In this document: piece after piece, positions 10,464-18,904 of the stretch | How positions within the stretch are numbered: the first letter of the stretch is position 1 | Layout: every line of letters starts with the position of its first letter | Assembly: GCA_964522525.1 (NCBI GenBank) | Contig: CAZFWG010000001.1 | Coordinates: 36,341-100,340 of the forward strand | Direction: 5' to 3' | From: an uncultured Alphaproteobacteria bacterium | GTDB taxonomy: Bacteria; Pseudomonadota; Alphaproteobacteria; JAJFIK01 | DNA length: 64,000 bases | Position numbers and translations under genes: made by a program | Notes under the pieces: model-generated | Seen by the model: the letters and a program-made list of their open reading frames with translations, nothing else | Told to the model about the DNA's origin: nothing | The model's database searches: none

Positions 10464-10642
10464 GGTGCCGTTCCCCTTTCATTCAGATGGGGAATTATGG
10501 GGCGAAAGACGCGCGATTGGCCATATGGGGACGGGATGAAAACCGTGCCAATTCGTCACGAAAAGACGGCTTGGTACGATTTGTTACAAATTTGTCCCCG
10601 CGGGCGTCCGTCGGTCTCAAGAACGGGCCTGGGGGTCGGTCC

Positions 10643-11845
10643 TCAGCGCACGCCCGACTCGATGCGGTCGATGCGGGGCGCTTCCGTGAGACGCGGAAGC
10701 CAGTCCGTGGTGTTGAACCAGTAATCCCGGGTCTTGGTCAGGAACTGGTCCAGGCTCCGCGCCAGGATCCACGCATCCAGATAGGCCAACAGATCCGGAT
10801 TGCCCCGACGGATCCCAAAGGCAAGCGCGGTCTCGCCCAGGGGTTCATCAAGGGGCATGACGAACTGGTCCGGGGATTGGGCAACGAGCACTTCCGGAAA
10901 AGGGGAGGCGGCGATCAGGATGCCCACCTGGTTTTCAAGCAGGGCCTTTTTCGCCGCCTGGGAATCCGGGAACGGAACCAGCTGCGCCGCCGCAAGGCGT
11001 TCGGTTGCGACCCGTTCCTCGAGCGTGCCGCGCGGCACGCCGATCTGAACGGTCGAGCGGTTGAGATCGTCCAGGCTCTGAACACGGGGAATGCCCCGGC
11101 GCGCCGCCACCACATGGACGGCCCGGCGGGCATAGGGGCGGGTGAACGTCACGCTCAAGGCCCGGCTTGGGGTCACGGCATAGGCGGCGATGATGACATC
11201 GATCGCGTTGCGGGCCAGCGCGCCGATCAATTCGCCCTCGGCCAGGGGCACGACATCGACCTCGACTCCCAAATCGGCGCCGAGGGTCAGGGCGATATCG
11301 ATTTCATGGCCGATCAGGGTGCCGGCCGCGTCGCGCATGGCATAGGGGGCGAAGAGGATCGTTCCCACCCGGAGCGTGCCGCGATTGAGGATCACGTCGA
11401 ACTCATCACCCGAAGGACTGCTTGTTGGCGCCGGGGATTCGGTCGAAGCGGTTTCGTTCTGGGTCCCTTGCGCCGGCGTCTTGAACTGCCGGGGTTCGGG
11501 TTGGTCGACCGCGAAATCGGCCAGGGGATCCACGGGCGAGGGGTCCGCATCGGCATCGCTCGGCGCCTCAAGTGGCCGGCGCATCGGCAGCGGGGCATCG
11601 GCTTCGCTGTCCGGTACTGGGGTCTCTTCAGACGGAGTTGGGTCGGTTTGGGGCGAGGGAGGCAAAGGGCCTTCCGGTTCATCCTCTTGCGTCAATTGGT
11701 TCAACAGAGAATCCGCCCGGCTTGCCGAGCCCGGCGTGGCATCCGCCTCGGGTCCCGCCGCAACAGTGAGGGCCAACACCGCCAGGACGAGGATGCCCCC
11801 CTTTTGAAGGGCGGAGCAAACGACGGAGAGCGGGCAAGCGGTCAT
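10643..11845 (-). CDS. Family-3 extracellular solute-binding protein (PBPb/SBP_bac_3-like) with a signal peptide and ~130-aa Pro/Glu/Asp-rich disordered linker
   Basis: C-terminal 250 aa resemble the SBP_bac_3 / MltF N-domain (LRVGTILFAPYAMRDAAGTLIGHEIDIALTLGADLG...). Start set at MTACPL (ATG 11845) with an AAGAGGA RBS and a signal-like segment. The ORF track's alternative upstream start at 11914 lacks an RBS. Confidence 0.6.
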   Translation of the reverse strand: MTACPLSVVCSALQKGGILVLAVLALTVAAGPEADATPGSASRADSLLNQLTQEDEPEGPLPPSPQTDPTPSEETPVPDSEADAPLPMRRPLEAPSDADADPSPVDPLADFAVDQPEPRQFKTPAQGTQNETASTESPAPTSSPSGDEFDVILNRGTLRVGTILFAPYAMRDAAGTLIGHEIDIALTLGADLGVEVDVVPLAEGELIGALARNAIDVIIAAYAVTPSRALSVTFTRPYARRAVHVVAARRGIPRVQSLDDLNRSTVQIGVPRGTLEERVATERLAAAQLVPFPDSQAAKKALLENQVGILIAASPFPEVLVAQSPDQFVMPLDEPLGETALAFGIRRGNPDLLAYLDAWILARSLDQFLTKTRDYWFNTTDWLPRLTEAPRIDRIESGVR

Positions 11846-12108
11846 GACGCGCGGTCCTCTTCTTCCGGGGCCATCGGGTCGAAAGGCACACCGATTTACT
11901 CGACCGGAGGACACTAAGCCTCTTATTTAAAGATTTGAACCACTCTGGGGGTCCATCCTTGGGGCTAAGACTATTGCTACGGTCATGAGCAGCCTTGTGG
12001 TCGTGACCCGGGGGTGGATGTCCGGCAAACTGTGTCGGGGTTTTCGCGAGGCGCGGGTGGCGCGTGTCGCTTCAAAAAATGGGTCGCAACGGGCGTGAAG
12101 GTGGCGTG

Positions 12109-12891
12109 ATGATCGGGTTGGAGAGCCGCAAGGCGAAATCGGCGTTTGGGAAAACAAGACGCATCGCAGCGATATGGGGGGGCCTGCTGACGAGCGCGTT
12201 TATCCTGTCCGGGTGCGGTGCCGTCGCCTGGCTGACGGAGCCCGGAGACAGCGTGGAACCCAGACGCGTCGAGACCCGGCCGGAACGCACCGCCCAGGCA
12301 CAAGCGCCCACGCCGGCATCGGCCGAGACAGGCGACAAGGTCATCCGTTGTGAATCCCGCGATTCGTCCTACACGACCTGCCGCGCCGAGACCGTGGGCG
12401 GAGTGCGCCTGGTCCGTCAGATCAGCGATGTGCGGTGCCAGGAAAACCGCAGCTGGGGCGTTGAGGATGGTCAGATCTGGGTCGATTTCGGCTGCCGGGG
12501 GGATTTCCAATTGATCGGGACGGCTCCGCCGCCACCGGCACCCCAGCAGGCCGCCGCCGCGCCTAATCTGAGCCTTGGGGCGGAACCGACGGCGGGTCTG
12601 CAATTCGGCACGCCGGGGCGGGATGAGGCCGTGCGCGCCTGCGCCACCTATGCCGATTTCAAGGTGCGCGAACAGGGCGCGGAAGGCGCCCGCGCCGACC
12701 GGATCGTCCATTTACGCAAGGTGGAAGAGCGCCATTTCCAGGTACAGGCCTATGTCCGTGTGCGGTATGATGACCTCTTTCTGCGGCAGCTTGCGAAGGA
12801 AGGTCAGCCACGGCCACGCGATGTGTTCTACATCGATTGCGAAACCGTCCGTGGTCAGGTGATCCATTTCGAATATAACAACTTCCTGTGA
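12109..12891 (+). CDS. DUF3011 family lipoprotein
   Basis: Lipobox LSGC follows a positively charged N-region. The DUF3011 signature is RCESRDSSYTTCRAETVGGVRLVRQISDVRCQENRSWGVEDGQIWVDFGCRGDF. Start chosen at MIGLESRK, preceded by AAGGTGG. Confidence 0.6.
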   Translation: MIGLESRKAKSAFGKTRRIAAIWGGLLTSAFILSGCGAVAWLTEPGDSVEPRRVETRPERTAQAQAPTPASAETGDKVIRCESRDSSYTTCRAETVGGVRLVRQISDVRCQENRSWGVEDGQIWVDFGCRGDFQLIGTAPPPPAPQQAAAAPNLSLGAEPTAGLQFGTPGRDEAVRACATYADFKVREQGAEGARADRIVHLRKVEERHFQVQAYVRVRYDDLFLRQLAKEGQPRPRDVFYIDCETVRGQVIHFEYNNFL

Positions 12892-12935
12892 TCCGCCTTT
12901 GACCCTTGATTGAGGAGAGGGTACACCGCACAGGG

Positions 12936-12966
12936 CCGGCCGGAGCCGCGTCGGCCTCGGCTTTTC
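12936..12966 (+). terminator. Putative rho-independent terminator after the DUF3011 gene
   Basis: Imperfect stem GCCGGAGC/GCCTCGGC (7 of 8 pairs including one G-U) with a 7-nt loop, followed by TTTT. Confidence 0.4.
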
Positions 12967-13082
12967 CCTTCATGGATGATCAAAAGGGCGGGCCCGGCGT
13001 TTTATGGTTGTTGAAAGCAAGGTCAGCCCTGCTGGATCGTGACAAGCAACAATAAAAAAAGCTGGAGACTTGAGGGGCTATC

Positions 13083-13095
13083 TGACTAATTGTCA
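13083..13095. promoter_or_regulatory. Near-palindrome TGACTAATTGTCA in the long AT-richer leader upstream of the second TonB-dependent receptor; candidate operator
   Basis: TGAC-N5-GTCA dyad lies about 195 bp upstream of the 13290 start, inside a ~400-bp lower-GC non-coding region. It matches no known box (not a Fur box). Confidence 0.2.
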
Positions 13096-13289
13096 GTCAG
13101 CGCAACACCGTTTTTCTGCGGCTTTTTCTCCTTTGGCATCCCTGTCTGACCTGCCCGTCACCTTTCTTCGTCTTCTCCTTTGCTGCAAAGCAGCATGAAA
13201 TTCCAGTTCACGGCCCCCTGACACGAATGTTACTCTGCTTGTTAACTATTGAGGGGACCGAAAAAAGCTATCTGGGGAGCGAGAAGCCA

Positions 13290-16160
13290 ATGGAGTATTT
13301 CGGGCGGTTTGCGGCGTGGACGGCACTGGGCACCATCCTGGCCTTGACGCCGGCATGGGCACAGGATGCTGAGGATACTCAGCCAGCGGAAGACAATCAG
13401 TCCTCGGATGAGGGCATGACCCGGGACGAGGCGGTCCAAAGCGGCATCGAACTGATGACCGTGACGGCTCAGAAGCAGGAAGAGTCACTCCTCGATGTGC
13501 CGATCGCCGTGACCTCCCTGGGTGAGGAAGCACTTGAGCTGCGTCAGATCGACAACTTCTCCGACATCCAGTTCAACACGCCCAACCTGACCTTCCAGAA
13601 AGGTCAGTTCACGGGGACGAACATCCAGATTCGCGGGATCGGCTCGGCCCTGACGGCGGCCTCCGCGGATAGCGGGATCAGTACCCACGTCAACAACGTG
13701 TTCTTCCAGTCGCCGCGCCTGTTCGAGACGGAGTTTTTCGACGTCGAACGGGTCGAAATCCTGCGCGGGCCCCAGGGCACCCTGTTCGGACGCAACGCCA
13801 CGGGCGGCGTGATCAATGTCATCACCGCCCGGCCCGACCTTCAGGACTATGGGTTCAATGTTCAGGCCGAATACGGGAACTTCAACAACATTCGTGTCAA
13901 AGGCCACGCGAATGTGCCCATCATCGAGGACAAACTCGGGATCCGCGTCGCCGGTATCTATCTGGAGCGCGACGGCTTCACCGAGAACATCTTCACCGGC
14001 AATGACATTGACGGTCGTGAACAGTTCTCCGTGCGCGGATCACTGCGTTTCACGCCGACGGAACGGACCACGATCGACATCATCGGCTCCTATTTCCAGG
14101 AGGACGACAATCGGGTCCGTTCGGCCAAACAACTGTGTAACCGCGACCCCAGCGGCGTTCTGGGTTGTCTGCCGGACAGGCTTGCCTTTGACGTGCCGAA
14201 CGGCAATGCGACGCTGGGCGGCCTGCTCGTCACGGATCTGATTCTCGGGCCGCTCGCGCTGACGCCCTTTGCCGGACCGGGCGGCGGGGCCACCGCCTTC
14301 AACCCGCCGGACCTGCGCGTCGTCAATGTGGATTTCGAGCCGATTTTCGAGGCGGACGAGACCTTCATCATTGCCTCCTTCACCCAGGAACTGACCGACA
14401 GTCTGACCCTCGTCATCGAAGGCGGCTATCAGGAGACGTCCTTTTTCTCGCAGCAGGACTTCAACAATCAGTTCCTCGCCGATGAGTTCGCTGTTCCCGA
14501 CCTTCTGGCGACGGCATTCCCCACTGTCTTCGAGACGTTCTTTGCCGGAGATCGGTTCCCGATTTCCGCGATCGATGCCGGAAACACCGGCCTCATCGGC
14601 GGGAACATCCTCTCCGATCAGGCCTTCTTCAACGAGGGCTATGACCAGTCCAACATCGATGCGGAACAGTTCAGCGCCGAGATCCGTCTGCAATCTGATT
14701 TCGAAGGGCCTTTGAACTTCCTCGTCGCCGGTTACTACCTCGACAGCGAATCGGAGTCCGATTATTTCGTCGTCGCCAACAGCCTCGACTATTTCTCCCT
14801 GGTCGGAGCGGGCGTGGACGGCATCGGGCTTGTGGCGCCGTTCTTCCGCAGTGAGACGGATCTGTTCGAGCTTCAGTCCTTCGCCTTTTTCGGCGAGGCC
14901 TATTATGACGTGACCGATACCTTCAAGATCACCGGTGGCATCCGCTACACGGTCGATGACAAGGAAATCAGGGACCGCCAGCTTCTGCTGAACACGGCCG
15001 TGCCGATCGGCACCACCGATGCGAACCCCGCCCTGGCACTGGTCGATGCGGATGTCACGGCGCCAGGTATCCAGGAATTCAGGGATGCGGGCGTCGTCTT
15101 CCAGGAGGTGACCGGTCGTTTTGTCGCCCAATGGACCCCGGAACTGTCGTTCACGGATTCCACGAACATCTATTTCTCCTATTCCCGGGGCTTCAAGAGC
15201 GGGGGCATCAATCCGCCTTTCGATGCGGCGCTTTTCCCGAATGTGCCGGCCTTCTTCGATCCTGAATTCATCAACGCCTATGAAGTCGGGACCAAGAACT
15301 CCCTGTTCGGCAATCGCCTCCAGGCCAACCTCACGGGCTTCTTCTATGACTATTCCGGGCTGCAGATTTCCCAGATCGTCAACCGGACATCGGTCAACGT
15401 GAATGTGGATGCCCGGATTTTCGGCCTCGAAGCCGAATTCCTCGCGGCGCCCACGGACAACTGGCTGTTCAATCTCGATATCGGTTACTTGAACACCTCC
15501 ATTCAGGATACGGCCATTGTTGATCCCCGTGATCCCAGCAACGGATCGGACGACGTCACGTTGATCAAGGATTTCGCCGATGCCTCCAACTGCGTCGTGG
15601 ACCACAATGGGGGCGGGGACCTGATCTCGTCCGGTGTCGCCGATGCGCTTGGTGCCGCCGGTGTTCCCTTCATTCCCGCCCAGACGCCGGGCATCGCCTT
15701 CTCCGGGTTCAGCACATGTGCCGGCCTTCAGGCGGCCCTGCAGGCTCTGGGTGTGCCCCAGTTCGTGACCGACGGCGTGCCGCAGGATCTTGATGGCAAC
15801 AATCTTCAGAACTCCCCGGAATTGACCTTCAATATCGGGGCTCAGTACACCTATGATTTCAATCTCGACGGGCGGAGCCTCGCTCTTGAGACACGGGTGG
15901 ACTACTACTATCAGACCAGCTTCTTTGGTCGGATCTTCAACGACCCGATCGATGAGTTCGACGCCTTCGGCCATTTGAACCTGCAAGTGACCCTGTATGG
16001 CCCGGATCAGGACTGGTTCGTGCGCGGGTTTGTCCAGAACCTGACCAACAATGATGCGATTACCGGTCAGTTCCTGACCGACGCCTCTTCAGGTTTGTAT
16101 ACGAATGTCTTCGTGCTCGACCCGCGCCTGTTCGGCGGTGAGATCGGCTACCGTTTCTGA
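13290..16160 (+). CDS. TonB-dependent outer-membrane receptor
   Basis: Start at MEYFGRFAAWTALGTILALTPAWAQ (signal peptide, GGGAG RBS). TonB-box/plug IELMTVTAQKQEESLLDVPIAVTS. C-terminus ends ...GGEIGYRF. Confidence 0.85.
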   Translation: MEYFGRFAAWTALGTILALTPAWAQDAEDTQPAEDNQSSDEGMTRDEAVQSGIELMTVTAQKQEESLLDVPIAVTSLGEEALELRQIDNFSDIQFNTPNLTFQKGQFTGTNIQIRGIGSALTAASADSGISTHVNNVFFQSPRLFETEFFDVERVEILRGPQGTLFGRNATGGVINVITARPDLQDYGFNVQAEYGNFNNIRVKGHANVPIIEDKLGIRVAGIYLERDGFTENIFTGNDIDGREQFSVRGSLRFTPTERTTIDIIGSYFQEDDNRVRSAKQLCNRDPSGVLGCLPDRLAFDVPNGNATLGGLLVTDLILGPLALTPFAGPGGGATAFNPPDLRVVNVDFEPIFEADETFIIASFTQELTDSLTLVIEGGYQETSFFSQQDFNNQFLADEFAVPDLLATAFPTVFETFFAGDRFPISAIDAGNTGLIGGNILSDQAFFNEGYDQSNIDAEQFSAEIRLQSDFEGPLNFLVAGYYLDSESESDYFVVANSLDYFSLVGAGVDGIGLVAPFFRSETDLFELQSFAFFGEAYYDVTDTFKITGGIRYTVDDKEIRDRQLLLNTAVPIGTTDANPALALVDADVTAPGIQEFRDAGVVFQEVTGRFVAQWTPELSFTDSTNIYFSYSRGFKSGGINPPFDAALFPNVPAFFDPEFINAYEVGTKNSLFGNRLQANLTGFFYDYSGLQISQIVNRTSVNVNVDARIFGLEAEFLAAPTDNWLFNLDIGYLNTSIQDTAIVDPRDPSNGSDDVTLIKDFADASNCVVDHNGGGDLISSGVADALGAAGVPFIPAQTPGIAFSGFSTCAGLQAALQALGVPQFVTDGVPQDLDGNNLQNSPELTFNIGAQYTYDFNLDGRSLALETRVDYYYQTSFFGRIFNDPIDEFDAFGHLNLQVTLYGPDQDWFVRGFVQNLTNNDAITGQFLTDASSGLYTNVFVLDPRLFGGEIGYRF

Positions 16161-16189
16161 TCCCGCACCTTTCGCTAGAAGGCTTGCCA

Positions 16190-16226
16190 TCCCCGCGCTC
16201 GGCCTCATGGGCGCGGGGATTTTTCG
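16190..16226 (+). terminator. Rho-independent terminator after the TonB-dependent receptor
   Basis: Perfect 8-bp GC stem CCCCGCGC / GCGCGGGG with a 12-nt loop, followed by ATTTTT. Confidence 0.65.
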
Positions 16227-16358
16227 TTGCTGCCTGAAGATCGCCCTCGACTTTTCCGGCTTCTCGCATCCGTGTCCCTGTCCTAGACTGACTGGAAACC
16301 GGGTAATTCCGCTTCCCGGGCTAAGCGTGTCAGCGTGATGGCGATTATGGGGGTTCCT

Positions 16359-18269
16359 ATGGAAAAGCGACGTCTGTTTTGCCTTGCAGCCACGGGGCTC
16401 ATTCTTGGCCTGATGATCCGCGTGACGGATGCCGGGGCCGTTGATCCAGACCTTGATCGAACGGACGAGGCGATCGGGGCGGAATTTGAGGAATTGGGTG
16501 AGGCCCAGGAACATGTGCTCGTGCCCATGCGTGACGGGATCGGGCTTTCCACCAATATTTATCTGCCTAAGGACCGGGATGGTCCGGTACCGGCCGTGTT
16601 CTGGCGCACGCCCTATCGGTTCACGCCCTTGCGCACGACACACAAGCGCATGGCGCTCAAGGCCATGCGCCGGGGCTATGCGTTCGTGATTCAGAATGAG
16701 CGCGGCAAGTTCTTTTCGGAAGGGGAGTTCGAGATCCTCGGCTATCCGCAGACGGATGGTGTGGATGCCTTGGACTGGATCGCGGAACAGGACTGGTCCA
16801 ACGGTAAAGTGGGGACGCTCGGCTGTTCCTCGCCCGCGGAATGGCAGATGGCGCTTGCCGCCCAGGATCACCCGGCCCATGCCGCCATGGTGCCGATGGC
16901 GCCGGGGGCCGGCATCGGCAAGATGGGGCCCTATTGGGAGCAGGGAAACTGGTATCGGGGTGGGGCGGAGCAAATGTTCTATCCGCCCTGGCTCTATAGC
17001 GCCGTGCAAAGCCCGTTGCGCCCCCAATTGCCCAAGGGTCTGAGCCAGGAGGAGCGGGCGCGGCTCGCTTCCTACTACACGCTTGCGGCCAAGATGCCCG
17101 AGGTCGATTGGGCCAAGGCCATCCGCCATCTGCCCTTGAGCCGGATGATGCGGGAGGTGAAGGGGCCGCGCGGCACCTGGGATGATTATGTTTCGCGCAC
17201 GCCAGGCGATCCGGGTTGGCGTGAGGGTGGATTGTTCCATGACGACATGAAGATCGGTGTTCCGTCCTTGTGGATCTATTCCTGGTTCGACGTCTCCATC
17301 GGTCCCAATCTGGCGCTGTTCAACCATGCCCGCACCAACGCCACCGACCGTCAAACGGCGCGCGACCAGTTCATGGTGGTGGGCCCCAATCTCCATTGCG
17401 CGTTTTTCAGGGATAACAGCGATCTGACCGTTGGGGAACGGAAAATGGGCGATGCCAGTTTCGATTATGAGGAACTGATCTATGCGTTTTTCGACCGGCA
17501 TCTGAAGGGGGAGCGCAACGGGTTCCGCCGCAACAATCCGCCGGTGCGTTATTTCAATATGGGAGAGAACAAATGGCGGGAGGCGGATCAATGGCCGCCC
17601 GCCGGAACCAAGACTCGCACGCTCTATCTGACCAGCGAGGCCGGTGCCAATTCTCTCTATGGGGACGGGACGCTTGTCTCGGAAGCCCCCGAAACAGCGG
17701 CAGCGGACGGTTTCACCTATGATCCCATGAACCCGGTGCCCTCGAAGGGCGGCGGCATCTGTTGCATTGGCGATGCGGTGGAGGGCGGCGTCTTTGATCA
17801 GCGTCCCATTGAGGTGCGTCACGATGTCCTCGTCTACACGACGGCACCGTTGGAAAGCGACATGGACGTGACGGGACCCGTGGGTGTCACCCTCTATGTC
17901 TCGTCCGATGCACCGGACACGGATTTTACGGTGAAGCTGATCGATGTTCAGCCCGACGGCACGGCGTTCAATGTCGACGAAACGATCCAGCGCGTGCGCT
18001 GGCGGGAAGGGTATGACCAGGACCCGGTCTTCATGGCGGCGGGGGAGATCTATGAGGTCAGCATCCAGCCCATGGCCACGGCGACGCGGTTCAAGAAGGG
18101 CCACCGGATCCGTCTCGAGGTTTCCTCATCGAACTTTCCCCGCTTCTCCCGCAACCTGAACACGGGCGGCGCCAATTACGATGAAAGCGAACCGCGGGTT
18201 GCGAAAAACAAGGTGCATCACGGGCCGGACCATCCGTCCCGTCTGGTCCTGACGGTGGTTGAAGACTGA
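16359..18269 (+). CDS. CocE/NonD family hydrolase (Xaa-Pro dipeptidyl-peptidase S15-like alpha/beta hydrolase)
   Basis: Signal-peptide-like N-terminus MEKRRLFCLAATGLILG. CocE/NonD-like blocks (GYAFVIQNERGKF, DGVDALDWIAEQDWSNGKVGTLGCS) and a C-terminal beta-sandwich (GHRIRLEVSSSNFPRF). Start is uncertain; ATGs occur at 16335, 16347 and 16359. Confidence 0.7.
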   Translation: MEKRRLFCLAATGLILGLMIRVTDAGAVDPDLDRTDEAIGAEFEELGEAQEHVLVPMRDGIGLSTNIYLPKDRDGPVPAVFWRTPYRFTPLRTTHKRMALKAMRRGYAFVIQNERGKFFSEGEFEILGYPQTDGVDALDWIAEQDWSNGKVGTLGCSSPAEWQMALAAQDHPAHAAMVPMAPGAGIGKMGPYWEQGNWYRGGAEQMFYPPWLYSAVQSPLRPQLPKGLSQEERARLASYYTLAAKMPEVDWAKAIRHLPLSRMMREVKGPRGTWDDYVSRTPGDPGWREGGLFHDDMKIGVPSLWIYSWFDVSIGPNLALFNHARTNATDRQTARDQFMVVGPNLHCAFFRDNSDLTVGERKMGDASFDYEELIYAFFDRHLKGERNGFRRNNPPVRYFNMGENKWREADQWPPAGTKTRTLYLTSEAGANSLYGDGTLVSEAPETAAADGFTYDPMNPVPSKGGGICCIGDAVEGGVFDQRPIEVRHDVLVYTTAPLESDMDVTGPVGVTLYVSSDAPDTDFTVKLIDVQPDGTAFNVDETIQRVRWREGYDQDPVFMAAGEIYEVSIQPMATATRFKKGHRIRLEVSSSNFPRFSRNLNTGGANYDESEPRVAKNKVHHGPDHPSRLVLTVVED

Positions 18270-18285
18270 AGGTGCGCCGACCGCC

Positions 18286-18681
18286 CTACGCGGTCTCGAC
18301 CGGCGGGTCGGTTTCAACCAGCCCGCCGGGTTTCACGGACCAGAAAAAGCAGGTGGGCCGATTGGTGTGGCAGGCGGGTCCGGTCTGGTCGACCTGCATC
18401 AGGATCGTGTCGCCATCGCAATCCACCCGCAGTTCCACAAGTTTCTGGATATGGCCCGAGCTTTCGCCCTTGCGCCACAGGGCCTGGCGGGAGCGGGACC
18501 AGTAGCAGACGCGACCCGTTGAAAGGGTTTCGCGCAATGCGTGTTCATTCATCCAGGCCATCATAAGCACCGCGCCGCTCTCGGCGTCCTGGGCGATCGC
18601 CGGGACAAGGCCGGCCCTGTCGAAAGACACGGCATCAAGAGCGGCGGTGAGCGCCTCGGGGCTGGGTGGGGTCCAGGTCAT
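18286..18681 (-). CDS. hisI: Phosphoribosyl-AMP cyclohydrolase
   Basis: [20 protein letters not shown]...DCDGD...[13 protein letters not shown] matches the HisI zinc/Mg-binding core. 131 aa from MTWTPP. The upstream 47 in-frame codons are judged non-coding. Confidence 0.75.
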   Translation of the reverse strand: MTWTPPSPEALTAALDAVSFDRAGLVPAIAQDAESGAVLMMAWMNEHALRETLSTGRVCYWSRSRQALWRKGESSGHIQKLVELRVDCDGDTILMQVDQTGPACHTNRPTCFFWSVKPGGLVETDPPVETA

Positions 18682-18904
18682 GGAGCACTCCAAGGGGTTG
18701 GTGGGGCCGAAGTCTAACGGGGGTACCCCATTTCCGGCCCGATCCTTGCTTCTAAATGGGAGCGAGACAATGGCGGGACGAGCATCGGCGGTATTTGACC
18801 CTGTCGATCGGGCGGTACGCAACGTGCAAGGGCGCGCCGTCTCGACGGTTTCCCGCCCCCGATGCTAGGATCCTTGGTCGGGACGAGAGTGAAGGCTGAC
18901 AGCG

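Noticed and set aside
9432-11917. Plus-strand ORFs 9432..10724 and 10286..11917
   Set aside because: Antisense to the adaptor and binding-protein genes. Gly/Arg/His-rich, no RBS.
12966-13289. Possible cobalamin or TPP riboswitch in the TBDR leader
   Set aside because: I could not find a B12 box (GCCACTG) or the TPP-riboswitch CUGAGA/ACCUGAUCUGGAUAAUGCCAGCGUAGGGA-like core by eye. Only a short hairpin and a dyad are present. Reported as a weak regulatory candidate, not as a riboswitch.
14040-15986. 648-aa ORF on the minus strand
   Set aside because: Antisense to the second TonB-dependent receptor. Composition-driven open frame.
16089-18104. 671-aa ORF on the minus strand
   Set aside because: Antisense to the CocE/NonD hydrolase gene and the TBDR 3' end. 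No motifs, Arg/Gly/His-rich.
18682-18822. Upstream 47 codons of the hisI ORF
   Set aside because: HisI homologues are about 130 aa. The extension has no counterpart.
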